Assembly: GCA_044375275.1 (NCBI GenBank)
Contig: JBILMZ010000001.1
Location: 414-64,413 of the forward strand
Reading direction: 5' to 3'
Source: Micropepsaceae bacterium
GTDB lineage: Bacteria > Pseudomonadota > Alphaproteobacteria > Micropepsales > Micropepsaceae
DNA length: 64,000 bases
The notes under the pieces were generated by a model, which saw nothing but the letters and a program-made list of their open reading frames with translations, ran no database searches and had not been told where the DNA came from. Every line of letters begins with the position of its first letter. The first letter of the stretch is position 1. Both the position numbers and the translations under genes were made by a program. Positions 1-8,958 of this stretch are shown here, piece after piece.

Positions 1-458
1 GGAGCTGAAATCCGCAAGCGCAAGTCTGCCGGCTTGCGTTTGGCCGCCCACATGTTGAACAGGTTCCAGGGGAACCAGGCTTCTTCCTCTTGGCGATCCA
101 GCCTTACGTAAAGCTCGTCACCGACGATCTTCACCTGAAGTTCCTTCATGGTGTCGGCCTTGCCCCAGGCCTGCACACGTGCCGGACCCGGTTGGGACAG
201 AACCAGTTCCACCTGGCCAACCACCTTGTCGAGATGAACGCGCTTCGCGTTGAAGGTCCTGTCGAGAGGGCTGGCAGCGGCGCCCGATGTTGACGTTGCA
301 GTGTTGCCAACCAGGCTGACGAGCCCTGCAAATGGCGCCAGAATCTGGTTTGACGCGACCGGTGAATAACCGCCTGAGCCTGCCAGGACGTGCCCGCCCA
401 ACAATGTTGCGGCACCTGCCAGGATGACCACGGCACCAGACTTGAGGAGGAAGCTCAT
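1..458 (-). CDS. Partial CDS (C-terminus off the window): membrane-anchored protein, possibly DUF2807/GIN-type (adhesin-head-like) domain
   Basis: Not in the ORF track because it runs off the edge. My minus-strand translation from ATG at 458 gives MSFLLKSGAVVILAGAATLLGGH...RVHLDKVVGQVELVLSQPGPARVQAWGKADTMKELQVKIVGDELYVRLD, open to position 1. It has an N-terminal hydrophobic anchor. The family guess is from memory of the repeated V-x-G strand pattern. Confidence 0.5.
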   Translation of the reverse strand, partial: MSFLLKSGAVVILAGAATLLGGHVLAGSGGYSPVASNQILAPFAGLVSLVGNTATSTSGAAASPLDRTFNAKRVHLDKVVGQVELVLSQPGPARVQAWGKADTMKELQVKIVGDELYVRLDRQEEEAWFPWNLFNMWAAKRKPADLRLRISA

Positions 459-631
459 TTGTTTACTCCGCTAACGGCGGGTGCAGCCTTGAATGCGTCT
501 GCGGCCAGCTCGGATGGTTTCGGAGCGGATAGGTCGGCAAATACGATCATGCCTGACACGCCGACCAGCGCGACGGCCGAAGCCACGGCAATCACGGCTG
601 CCAATGCCACTTTCAGAAAGATGGTCGCCAT
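455..631 (-). CDS. 58-aa single-TM micro-protein (below the track size cut-off)
   Basis: Hand translation: MATIFLKVALAAVIAVASAVALVGVSGMIVFADLSAPKPSELAADAFKAAPAVSGVNK. Its TGA overlaps the ATG of the downstream CDS (ATGA at 455-458), suggesting translational coupling. An AT-rich putative promoter region lies at 640-735. Confidence 0.35.
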   Translation of the reverse strand: MATIFLKVALAAVIAVASAVALVGVSGMIVFADLSAPKPSELAADAFKAAPAVSGVNK

Positions 632-735
632 AGGTCCGCCCCACAGTGAATTTGACTATAGTGCGAAGTATATACTAGTGACCCGTGGCGTTATCAAGTG
701 GCAAGCCTGCCTCAGTCGGCGCAATTATGTTTACT

Positions 736-1422
736 TTACGGAATCAGCCTGTAGCCGCCGCTTTCGGTCACCAGCAGCCGCGCGTGGGTGGGATCGGACT
801 CGATTTTCTGGCGCAAACGATAAATGTGGGTCTCCAGCGTGTGTGTCGTGACAGCCGGGTTATAGCCCCAGACTTCATGCAGCAGGGTTTCCCGGCCGAC
901 CACCTTGTCGCCCGCCCGGAACAGGAACTTGAGGATCGAGGTTTCCTTCTCAGTCAGCCTGATCTTGGCGTTGTTGGGGCCTTGCAGGAGCTTGGCTGAC
1001 GGGCGAAACGAGTACGGGCCGATCTTGAATACTGCGTCCTCACTCTGCGCGTGGCTGCGCATGTGAGCGCGGATCCGGGCCAGGAGTATGTTGAATCGAA
1101 ACGGCTTGGTCAGATAGTCGTTTGCGCCAGCGTCCAGCCCCAGGATCTGGTCAGCTTCGCCATCGTGTCCGGTTAACATCATGATCGGGCAGCGCACATT
1201 GGCCTTTCGCATCAAACGGCAGACCTCGCGCCCGTCGAGGTCCGGCAGCCCGACGTCAAGGATGACCAGATCCGGCGTTTCGGTCTTTGCCTTTTCGAGC
1301 CCTGATGCCCCTGTCGCTGCGTCAGTAACGACGAATTCGTTCTGAAGGTTCAATTGCTCCTTCAGCGACTCGCGCAGCGCATTGTCGTCGTCAACCAAAA
1401 GAATGCGTCTGGGGGTGCTCAT
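736..1422 (-). CDS. OmpR/PhoB-family two-component response regulator (receiver + winged-helix)
   Basis: ILLVDDD...DLVILDVGLPDLDG...TKPF receiver motifs. C-terminal LTEKETSILKFL...GYNP...THTLETHIYRLRQKI winged-helix trans_reg_C pattern. No histidine kinase is adjacent. Confidence 0.9.
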   Translation of the reverse strand: MSTPRRILLVDDDNALRESLKEQLNLQNEFVVTDAATGASGLEKAKTETPDLVILDVGLPDLDGREVCRLMRKANVRCPIMMLTGHDGEADQILGLDAGANDYLTKPFRFNILLARIRAHMRSHAQSEDAVFKIGPYSFRPSAKLLQGPNNAKIRLTEKETSILKFLFRAGDKVVGRETLLHEVWGYNPAVTTHTLETHIYRLRQKIESDPTHARLLVTESGGYRLIP

Positions 1423-1516
1423 TGCGGTCGCCGCCTGCGGGATTAAGGAATGTCAAATCATTTGCGTTCAACGAGGTGTACGCTATAGCAAATCCAAGTT
1501 GGAAAGCGGGAGAGGA

Positions 1517-2704
1517 ATGAGCGCGAAAGAGCGCGGGGGGAAACGGCCAGGGACAGGGAAACCTGCCAAACCAAGGGTAAAGGCTGCCCGTCCTCACGTA
1601 AATTTCATGTCGTCTCCCCTGGTTTCGGTCGAACGTGCCATCGGAGACCTCAGGAGAGGGCTGCCCGTGGTCGTCACGGGCGGCGGATCGAACGCCTGTG
1701 TGATCTGCGCTTCCGAACTTGCCAGAGACGAGGTCCTTGATACCGTCGAAAATTGGTGCGGCAGTCCGCCATCCGTCATCCTTACCCATAACAGGGCGTC
1801 GACGCTGAAGATCAGGCTCTACACGGCTGACGCTGTCAGTGTTGCCCTGCCCGACCGTGAAAGAGCTCGCGCAGCCCGCATGCTTGCTGATCCGACGCGC
1901 GACCTGCACGACCCGCTCCTTGGACCCTGGGTTGCGGCACGGGAGCCGCTGGCTGCAACAACGCTGTCGTCGCTGAAGCTCCTGAAGCTTGCGGAACTCC
2001 TGCCGTCGGCGGTCGAGTATCGCACTTCGCTGCGGACTGCCCGTCGCCTTTGCAGCACGCAGGGTTTGGCCAGCGTCGGGATCAAGGACATCGAAGAGCA
2101 CGAGCGCAACCAGCATGCCCGCTTCTCGATCGTTGCCCGTGCCCAACTGCCTCTCGCCAATGCAGAGAATACGCGTGTGCTTGCTTTCCGTCCCGAAGGT
2201 GGCGGACGCGAACACCTTGCGCTGATTGTCGGCGCGCCGGAGCCGCCGGGCCCCGTGCTGATCCGCCTGCATTCCGAATGCCTGACGGGAGACCTGCTTG
2301 GTTCGCTGAAGTGTGACTGTGGTGACCAGTTGCGTGGCGCCATCACAGCCATTGGCCAGCAAGGTTCGGGGATCCTGCTCTATCTTGCACAGGAAGGACG
2401 CGGCATCGGCCTGATCAACAAGCTCAAGGCCTACGAACTTCAGGATCAGGGCTTTGACACAATCGATGCCAACAAGCGGCTCGGATTTGAAGCAGATGAA
2501 CGCCGGTTTGCAGCGGCAGCGGAAATGCTGAAGTTCCTGGGCTATTCGTCCGTCAAGCTCATGACGAACAATCCCGACAAGGTGGACGCCCTGAAGCAGC
2601 ATGGCATCGACGTGGTCGAACGTGTGCCCCACCAGTTTCCGACCAATCCTCACAATGCCGGCTATCTCGCCACCAAGAAGGCCAAGTCAGGCCACCTTAT
2701 CTGA
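1517..2704 (+). CDS. ribA: GTP cyclohydrolase II with a long N-terminal RibB-like but apparently degenerate domain
   Basis: C-terminal half carries LIRLHSECLTGDLLGSLKCDCGDQL...YLAQEGRGIGLINKLKAYELQDQGFDT...RLGF, the GCH-II signature. The start was moved to ATG 1517, preceded by GGAGAGG. The track start at 1382 would overlap the divergent response regulator gene. Confidence 0.85.
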   Translation: MSAKERGGKRPGTGKPAKPRVKAARPHVNFMSSPLVSVERAIGDLRRGLPVVVTGGGSNACVICASELARDEVLDTVENWCGSPPSVILTHNRASTLKIRLYTADAVSVALPDRERARAARMLADPTRDLHDPLLGPWVAAREPLAATTLSSLKLLKLAELLPSAVEYRTSLRTARRLCSTQGLASVGIKDIEEHERNQHARFSIVARAQLPLANAENTRVLAFRPEGGGREHLALIVGAPEPPGPVLIRLHSECLTGDLLGSLKCDCGDQLRGAITAIGQQGSGILLYLAQEGRGIGLINKLKAYELQDQGFDTIDANKRLGFEADERRFAAAAEMLKFLGYSSVKLMTNNPDKVDALKQHGIDVVERVPHQFPTNPHNAGYLATKKAKSGHLI

Positions 2705-2821
2705 TCGGCAGGCAAATGGACCGTCGGGCAAATTTTGCCGGGCCGGCGTAACTGAAACTCATGAAAGCGCGCGGCTTTCCGGCATCGCGCGCATGGCGTG
2801 GCGCTTGCTTGCCTTCAGGTC

Positions 2822-3229
2822 ATGAACATCCAGGGCCTCATTTCTCCCACAACAAAGCCCATCGCCGAACCGCAGGTTAAGGTGCCGGACCGGGATGAGT
2901 CCGGTTTTGGCTTTGACGATTTCCTGGACGTGATCAACCCGCTGCAGCACCTGCCGGTGGTTGGCATGATCTATCGCGCCCTTTCCGATGACCAGATTGC
3001 TCCGCCTGCCCAGATTGCAGGTGGCGCCCTGTTTGGCGGGCTCTATGGGTTTCTGGGTGCGCTCGGTTCAGTGATCTATGAAGGGATCGCAGGCGAATCC
3101 GTCGAGGATAGCCTGCTTTCCCTGTTTGATGACGATATGCCTGCACAAGCGGCAACGGCGCAGAATGCCTATGTGACTGCCCAGCTTCTCTCGCTGGACG
3201 ATGTCGAGCGGCAGTCGGTCGCCATGTGA
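2822..3229 (+). CDS. Hypothetical protein (Gly-rich hydrophobic central segment, acidic tail)
   Basis: ORF 2798-3229. ATG at 2822 gives MNIQGLISPTT..FDDFLDVINPLQHLPVVGMIY..GGALFGGLYGFLGALG. No recognisable catalytic motif. The start is uncertain (GTG 2798 vs ATG 2822). Confidence 0.5.
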   Translation: MNIQGLISPTTKPIAEPQVKVPDRDESGFGFDDFLDVINPLQHLPVVGMIYRALSDDQIAPPAQIAGGALFGGLYGFLGALGSVIYEGIAGESVEDSLLSLFDDDMPAQAATAQNAYVTAQLLSLDDVERQSVAM

Positions 3230-3277
3230 GGCCAGCGCCGAGGCATTGAGCTGACTTCAAACCAGACTCTCAAATGA

Positions 3278-3309
3278 GAAGTGCCCCGCCCTTTCGAGCG
3301 AGGCACTTC
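3278..3309. terminator. Hairpin between convergent genes (possible bidirectional terminator)
   Basis: GAAGTGCC (3278-3285) pairs with GGCACTTC (3302-3309), with an inner 3-bp extension. It lies between the stop at 3229 (+) and the stop at 3324 (-). Only a weak T/U tract follows on the minus-strand reading. Confidence 0.35.
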
Positions 3310-3323
3310 CCGGGGACGCCAGC

Positions 3324-3848
3324 CTAGTTCGCCGGCAGGAGAACCTTGTCAATGACATGGATGATGCCGTTCGACGCGCGGATGTCTGCTGCAACAACCT
3401 TGGCGCCCGCGACCGTGACACCGTTGCGGCCGTCAATTTCGAGAGTGCCACCCTGCAGCGTCGGCGGTGACGTCAGTGTCTTGCCTGCAAGTGCAGAAGA
3501 CTCAACCGCTGCGCCGAGGACATGAAACTTGAGGACTGCCTGCAGTTTCGCCTTGTTCTCAGGCTTCAGAAGCGTCTGCACCGTTCCCGCTGGCAGCGCA
3601 TCAAAGGCTGCATTCGTTGGTGCAAACACCGTGAAGGGGCCAGGGCCGGACAATGCACCTACGAGGTCGGCCGCCTTCAGCGCGGTCACGAGCGTCGAGA
3701 ACTCGGGCTTTGAAGCAGCGATCGTGACGATCGTGCCCGCTTCCGTCGAATGACCGGACTTTTGGTAGTTTCCTCCCGCCATCGCGGGCGAAACGAAAGC
3801 AGTAGTGGCCAAGGCGAGCGCCGTCACGACGCCACGAAGATTGCGCAT
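3324..3848 (-). CDS. Secreted fasciclin (FAS1) domain protein
   Basis: Signal peptide MRNLRGVVTALALATTAFVSPAMA. FAS1 motifs FSTLVTALKAADLV..GPFTVFAPTNAAFDALP...GIIHVIDKVLLP. Confidence 0.9.
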   Translation of the reverse strand: MRNLRGVVTALALATTAFVSPAMAGGNYQKSGHSTEAGTIVTIAASKPEFSTLVTALKAADLVGALSGPGPFTVFAPTNAAFDALPAGTVQTLLKPENKAKLQAVLKFHVLGAAVESSALAGKTLTSPPTLQGGTLEIDGRNGVTVAGAKVVAADIRASNGIIHVIDKVLLPAN

Positions 3849-4026
3849 TCAATAAACTCCTTCTGGATGGAACGGACCACCTGCATGGTGCTTGCGGCCG
3901 TGCAGTTGGATAACGGGAACACGCTTCGTGCGGATCACAATCATTTCGCAAGACATTTGCCGGGCAAGCCACATTCGATGCATGTGATATCATGGAGAAC
4001 CTGTCCCCTTGCCCGGAGACCACGTC

Positions 4027-4479
4027 ATGTCAGCCCAGCCAAATGCCGCTCATTTCACCCATCGCCTTCTACAGGCAGGGTTCGTCCTTTTCCTGCTTGG
4101 GCTCCTGACGGGTTTCATAATTCCAGCAGCCCAGATTCCGCGCATGGCGCTGTCCAGCCATCTCGAGGGCGTCATGAACGGCTCCTTCCTCATCGCTCTC
4201 GGACTTTGCTGGAAACATCTTGTACTTCCGTCCTGGGCAGAGAGGACTGCGTTCCTTTCAGCCATTACGGGGACATATGCAAACTGGGCGGCGACGCTGC
4301 TGTCCGCATTCACCGGTGCCGCCGCGATGATGCCTATTGCCGGCGGTGGAAGCGTGGGCTCTCCCCTTCACGAAGTGGTGGTGTCGAGCCTCCTGCTGAT
4401 CCTGAGCCTGGCCATGATCCTCACTTGCGGGCTTGTCCTGTGGGGGCTTCAGCGCCGTTCCGGTGTCCAAGCACCATGA
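4027..4479 (+). CDS. Small polytopic membrane protein (about 4 TM), possibly hydroxylaminobenzene-mutase (HabB)-like family
   Basis: ATG 4027 gives MSAQPNAAHFTHRLLQAGFVLFLLGLLTGFII... with four hydrophobic spans. The family suggestion is from memory only. Confidence 0.6.
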   Translation: MSAQPNAAHFTHRLLQAGFVLFLLGLLTGFIIPAAQIPRMALSSHLEGVMNGSFLIALGLCWKHLVLPSWAERTAFLSAITGTYANWAATLLSAFTGAAAMMPIAGGGSVGSPLHEVVVSSLLLILSLAMILTCGLVLWGLQRRSGVQAP

Positions 4480-4562
4480 AACCTTCCGCAGAGACTTGAC
4501 ACCAATTCTGGCCGATGTGCTGTAATCGCGCATCAAGTCATCCCCTTTCATCGGATCCTTCC

Positions 4563-5888
4563 ATGCTTCCCAAGGTTTGTATCATCGGTGCCGGTTGCTC
4601 CGGCTTCACGACGGCGAAAGCCCTTGCCGATCGCGGCATTCCCTTTGACTGCTTCGACATGAGCGACCAGATCGGCGGCAACTGGGTCTTCAAGAACAGG
4701 AACGGACGGTCTGCCTGCTACCAGTCACTTCATATCGACACGTCGAAGTACCGCATGCAGTTCGAAGACCTTCCGATCCCGAGCCATTTTCCAGACTATC
4801 CGCACCATTCTCAGGTGCTGGAGTATTTCAACGCCTATGTTGACCGGTTCGGGCTACGCAAGCGCATCACCTTCAACACGGAGGTGACCAAGGCCGAGCT
4901 GTTGCCTGACAAGACATGGCGCGTCACGCTTTCCAATGGTGAAACACGCAGCTACGGCGCGCTTGTCGTTGCCAATGGCCATCACTGGGACCAGTACATC
5001 CCTTCCTTTCCCGGGACGTTCGACGGGCCCAGCTTCCATAGCCACCGCTATATCGATCCCTTTGAACCCGTCGACATGCGCGGCAAGCGCATCCTGGTGG
5101 TCGGCATGGGCAACAGCGCGATGGACATTGCCTCAGAGCTTTCGCAAAAGCCGATCGCGAAGCGCCTTGTCGTGGCGGCCCGCCGTGGCGTCTGGATCTT
5201 CCCGAAATACATCAACGGGAAAGTGCCTGACAAAGGCGTCATGCCTTCCTGGATGCCCCGCTTCCTTGTCCGCGCGCTGGTCAAGCGCATGATCATCCGT
5301 GCCGTCGGGCGCATGAAGGACTATGGGCTTCCCGAGCCCGCGCATCATCCTGCGGATGCGCACCCTTCGGTGTCCGGCGAGTTCCTGACGCGGGTCGGAT
5401 GTGGCGATGTTTTCGTGAAGCCCAATATCGCCGAGCTTCAGGGTACAAAGGTCAAGTTCGAGGACGGTACTGTCGAAGACATTGATGTGATCATCTATGC
5501 GACAGGCTACAACATCACCTTTCCGTTCCTTGACTCGTCAGTGGTGAATGTCACCGACAATCATGTTTCCCTCTACAAGCGCATCTGGAAGCCAGGCATT
5601 CCCAACCTGTTCTTCATGGGTCTGGCGCAACCGCTTCCCACGCTCGTGAACTTTGCCGAACAGCAGGCGAAGTGGGTGTCGGCGGTGCTGGCCGGAGAGT
5701 GCGCCTTGCCATCTGCAGAGGAAATGGAAGCCACGATCCGGCGTGACGAGGCGCGTGACATCGGGAAGTACTACAAATCCCGCCGTCATACGCAGCAGGT
5801 CAACTTCGATCTCTACTGCGCCGAGATAAGGCGCGAGCTCGAGCGTGGCCGCAAGCGCATGGCCGGAAAGGAATCCCGCGCAGCCTAG
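4563..5888 (+). CDS. Flavin-containing monooxygenase (class B FMO)
   Basis: FAD motif CIIGAGCSG. FMO-identifying motif FDGPSFHSHRY (FxGxxxHxxxY). NADPH motif VVGMGNSAMD. ATGY motif. The start was moved to ATG 4563 (MLPKVCIIGAG). Confidence 0.9.
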   Translation: MLPKVCIIGAGCSGFTTAKALADRGIPFDCFDMSDQIGGNWVFKNRNGRSACYQSLHIDTSKYRMQFEDLPIPSHFPDYPHHSQVLEYFNAYVDRFGLRKRITFNTEVTKAELLPDKTWRVTLSNGETRSYGALVVANGHHWDQYIPSFPGTFDGPSFHSHRYIDPFEPVDMRGKRILVVGMGNSAMDIASELSQKPIAKRLVVAARRGVWIFPKYINGKVPDKGVMPSWMPRFLVRALVKRMIIRAVGRMKDYGLPEPAHHPADAHPSVSGEFLTRVGCGDVFVKPNIAELQGTKVKFEDGTVEDIDVIIYATGYNITFPFLDSSVVNVTDNHVSLYKRIWKPGIPNLFFMGLAQPLPTLVNFAEQQAKWVSAVLAGECALPSAEEMEATIRRDEARDIGKYYKSRRHTQQVNFDLYCAEIRRELERGRKRMAGKESRAA

Positions 5889-5926
5889 CCCGCGCGATCC
5901 ACGATTTACGATCATCTGAAGGGCAC

Positions 5927-6733
5927 ATGACCGAGCTCCCATCGACCGAGCAGATTGCCGCCTACAACAAGGCCGCGTGGGACGAGCTCACCCGGCGCGG
6001 AAACCAGTGGACGGTTCCCGTCACAAGCGAGCAGATCCAGCAGGCGCGTGCGGGGGACGTGCGCGTTGTCCTCACGCCGACAAAAGTCGTGCCATCCTCG
6101 TGGCTGGGCACGCTGCACGGAAAGCGGGTGCTGGGACTTGCGAGCGCGGGCGGTCAGCAGGGGCCACTGCTGGCTGCGGCCGGTGCCGTAGTGACGGTAC
6201 TCGACAATTCCCCGGCGCAGCTGGCGCAGGACCGCCTCGTTGCCGAGCGTGAGGGTCTATCCATATCGCTTGTCGAAGGCGACATGCGCGACCTGTCCTG
6301 CATCAAGGATGAATCGTTCGATCTTGTGTTTCATCCGTGCTCGAACTGCTTCGTCCCGGATGTCCTTTCCGTCTGGCGCGAGTGCCATCGCGTGCTTCGG
6401 CCGGGCGGAGAGCTGCTTGCGGGCTTCGTCAATCCGATCGTCTTCATGACGGATCTCGAACAGGAACGTGCCGGAAAGATCGCGCTGAAGTACCGCACGC
6501 CCTTCTCGCACTTCGACTATCCTGACGATCCCGAGCTTCGCAAGCTGAGGGAAGAAGGTGAGCCGCTCGATTTTGGCCACTCGCTCCAGGACCAGATCGG
6601 GGGGCAGCTTGAGGCCGGGTTTCAACTGGTTTCGCTGTTCGAAGATGGATGGCCGGCAGACCGCTCACCCCTTCATGCGCTGATGAACTGCTATATCGCG
6701 ACGAGGGCGCGGAAGCCTGTCACGAGCCCTTGA
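5927..6733 (+). CDS. Class I SAM-dependent methyltransferase
   Basis: VLGLASAGGQQGPLLA (motif I), VTVLDNSPAQL, DLVFHPCSNCF, LRPGGELL, a typical Methyltransf_11-like layout. Confidence 0.85.
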   Translation: MTELPSTEQIAAYNKAAWDELTRRGNQWTVPVTSEQIQQARAGDVRVVLTPTKVVPSSWLGTLHGKRVLGLASAGGQQGPLLAAAGAVVTVLDNSPAQLAQDRLVAEREGLSISLVEGDMRDLSCIKDESFDLVFHPCSNCFVPDVLSVWRECHRVLRPGGELLAGFVNPIVFMTDLEQERAGKIALKYRTPFSHFDYPDDPELRKLREEGEPLDFGHSLQDQIGGQLEAGFQLVSLFEDGWPADRSPLHALMNCYIATRARKPVTSP

Positions 6734-7439
6734 CTGCGGGGTTCAGGGGCAGCTCATCCCCTGCCCTTCGCCCGGCGTTGAAGGCGTCCTCCGACACGTA
6801 TTTTCTTGCCGGGCGCTGAGCCTGCCGGAACTTGAGGTTCAGCCTGCCTAGTTCCCTTTCAACGACGTCGCTCTTCACGACGACGAGGTCGCGGCCTGCA
6901 GCCACGGTCTGGCGATCGCGCTCCTGCTTCATGGCCCTCAGCTTGCGGCTTACGGACATTGCCATGCCGATGCTGAAGGAGGATGAAGCCGTGGCGCGCG
7001 CGCGGCGCGTTACGGCCTGATATTCGCGTGTCAGCCTGTAGGCGACGAGTTCCGAGGCGATGGCAGTGCTGATCATGGCAGCGAGGTATCCGGCTGCGTC
7101 GACATCGTGGCGCAGGCCAAAGAACACATAGCGGCGTGTTCCGTCCTCTCCCGTTTCGCGCCAGACCTTGCAATCACAAAACTCTGCGATGGCTGTGATC
7201 GTGTAGTCGAGCGGCGCCTTTGTCTTGCGCGATGTCTCGACTTCATGACGATCGCACTCCGTGGCGCGGATCTGGATGTCGCTCAGTGACAGGCTGTGGC
7301 GGTCGAGGAGTTCGGCGACCTTTTCAGCCGCGGCGAGGGCTTCGCTTTCCGTGCAGCCGTTGGTGACGGTCTTGGAGCGAAGCGCCTCGATGCGTGCCTT
7401 CAGGCGCTCCAGACCCGTGTCCGCCCCGGAATTGCTCAC
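6720..7439 (-). CDS. DUF2786-like protein (N-terminal helical DUF2786 motif, C-terminal DUF7168-like region)
   Basis: N-terminus LERLKARIEALRSKT..GCTESEALAAAEKVAELLDRHSL matches the DUF2786 pattern recalled from plasmid/phage proteins. The 4-nt overlap with the upstream small ORF suggests coupling. The 3' end overlaps the convergent methyltransferase by 14 nt. Confidence 0.75.
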   Translation of the reverse strand: MSNSGADTGLERLKARIEALRSKTVTNGCTESEALAAAEKVAELLDRHSLSLSDIQIRATECDRHEVETSRKTKAPLDYTITAIAEFCDCKVWRETGEDGTRRYVFFGLRHDVDAAGYLAAMISTAIASELVAYRLTREYQAVTRRARATASSSFSIGMAMSVSRKLRAMKQERDRQTVAAGRDLVVVKSDVVERELGRLNLKFRQAQRPARKYVSEDAFNAGRRAGDELPLNPAVKGS

Positions 7440-7726
7440 CTGTCCCAGTCCGGCCTGCCCTGCAGTTCAACGCAGGAAAAGTCGTAGAACGTGTCCAGCC
7501 GGTGTTCATCGTGGCCGGATGCGAGACGGTCGCGGGGCAGCGTTGCCTGGCATTCTTCCCGTGAGGCGAAGGCCGTCGGCTGGTAGATCACGCTCTCGCT
7601 GCCGTGGCCCGGCTGGGCTTTTTCAACGACCTGGTACCAACCTGGTCCCTGCCAGCGGCTGCCCGCCATGGCCGTCATCGCGCAGAGCATTCCAATCGTG
7701 GAAAAAAGTGTCGATTTCAGTTTCAT
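7436..7726 (-). CDS. Small secreted protein (about 96 aa, signal peptide, 2 Cys)
   Basis: ATG 7726 gives MKLKSTLFSTIGMLCAMTAMAGSRWQGPGWYQV... It begins 41 nt downstream of the kbl stop. Its stop overlaps the start of the DUF2786-like gene. Confidence 0.5.
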   Translation of the reverse strand: MKLKSTLFSTIGMLCAMTAMAGSRWQGPGWYQVVEKAQPGHGSESVIYQPTAFASREECQATLPRDRLASGHDEHRLDTFYDFSCVELQGRPDWDR

Positions 7727-7767
7727 GTTCCGTCCAAAGCCAAATGCAATGATGCTGTTCAAGAGGG

Positions 7768-8958
7768 TCAGGCGATGAGCTTGAGTTCGCGCCCGGCCTC
7801 GGCGAAGCGATCCATGGCAAACAGCACGTCCTCGCGTGTCAGGGCGGCCGACATCTGCGTGCGGATGCGGGCCTTGCCGTGCGGCACGACCGGATACGAG
7901 AACCCGATCACGTAGACACCCTTGGCCAGCATCAACTCGGCGAAGCGCGCAGCCACTGCCGCGTCACCCAGCATGACTGGCACGATCGGGTGCTCGCCCG
8001 GGACGATGTTGAAGCCGAGCCTGGTCATGCCCTGCCTGAACAACTGCGTGTTTGCGTTCAGCCTTTCGATGAGCTCGCCAGAGCGGGCCAGAAGGTCAAT
8101 GGCTGCAATGGAAGCTGCCGCGATTGCTGGCGGAATCGAGTTCGAAAAGAGGTACGGCCTTGAGCGCTGGCGCAGCAGGTCGATGATTTCCTTGCGGCCG
8201 CTGGTGAAACCGCCGCTGGCGCCGCCGAGTGCCTTTCCCAGGGTTCCCGTGATGATGTCGATCCGGCCCATGACGCCTGCGCGTTCATGCGTGCCGCGCC
8301 CTGTCTTGCCGGTGAAACCTGACGCGTGCGAGTCGTCGACCATGACCAGGGCGTCGTATTTTTCAGCCAGCGCGCAGATCTCATCGAGCTTTGCGTAGTA
8401 GCCGTCCATCGAGAAGACGCCGTCGGTCGCAATCATCCTGAAGCGGGCGCCCTCAGCCTCCTTCAGCTTCTGCTCGAGCTCGGCCATGTCGCCATTGCGG
8501 TATCGTGCGCGCTGTGCCTTGCACAGGCGGATCCCGTCAATGATGCTGGCGTGGTTCAGTTCATCCGAGATAACGCAGTCTTCCTCGGTCAGCAGCGTTT
8601 CGAACAGGCCTCCATTGGCGTCGAAGCATGACGAATAGAGGATGGTGTCTTCCGTGCCGAGGAAGGCGCTGATCTTGCGTTCCAGTTCCTTGTGAATTTC
8701 CTGCGTGCCGCAGATGAAACGCACTGACGCCATGCCGTAACCCCAACGATCCAGGGCTTCGTGCGCTGCCCGGATGATGTCGGGATGGCTCGCCAACCCC
8801 AGATAGTTGTTGGCGCAGAGGTTCAGGACTTCCTTCCCGCCGGTCACGCGCACATGCCCGGCCTGCGGGGTGGCAATGACACGCTCGGGCTTTTCGAGGC
8901 CTGCGGTCCTGATCGTCTCCAGCGTCTGCGCGAGATGCGCGCGATACTTGCCGTACAT
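7768..8958 (-). CDS. kbl: Glycine C-acetyltransferase (2-amino-3-ketobutyrate CoA ligase)
   Basis: NYLGLASHP...[14 protein letters not shown]...[24 protein letters not shown]. Length 396 aa. It sits immediately downstream of tdh with a 1-nt overlap. Confidence 0.95.
   Translation of the reverse strand: MYGKYRAHLAQTLETIRTAGLEKPERVIATPQAGHVRVTGGKEVLNLCANNYLGLASHPDIIRAAHEALDRWGYGMASVRFICGTQEIHKELERKISAFLGTEDTILYSSCFDANGGLFETLLTEEDCVISDELNHASIIDGIRLCKAQRARYRNGDMAELEQKLKEAEGARFRMIATDGVFSMDGYYAKLDEICALAEKYDALVMVDDSHASGFTGKTGRGTHERAGVMGRIDIITGTLGKALGGASGGFTSGRKEIIDLLRQRSRPYLFSNSIPPAIAAASIAAIDLLARSGELIERLNANTQLFRQGMTRLGFNIVPGEHPIVPVMLGDAAVAARFAELMLAKGVYVIGFSYPVVPHGKARIRTQMSAALTREDVLFAMDRFAEAGRELKLIA

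Noticed and set aside
1391-2653. 420-aa ORF antisense to ribA
   Set aside because: It lies fully within and opposite a gene with unmistakable GTP cyclohydrolase II motifs. Its Arg/Gly/Ala-rich, motif-free translation is typical of shadow ORFs in GC-rich DNA.
6720-7762. Is the DUF2786 pair part of a mobile element or prophage remnant?
   Set aside because: No integrase, transposase, flanking direct or inverted repeats or tRNA gene is visible within several kb. I keep it as an odd gene pair only.
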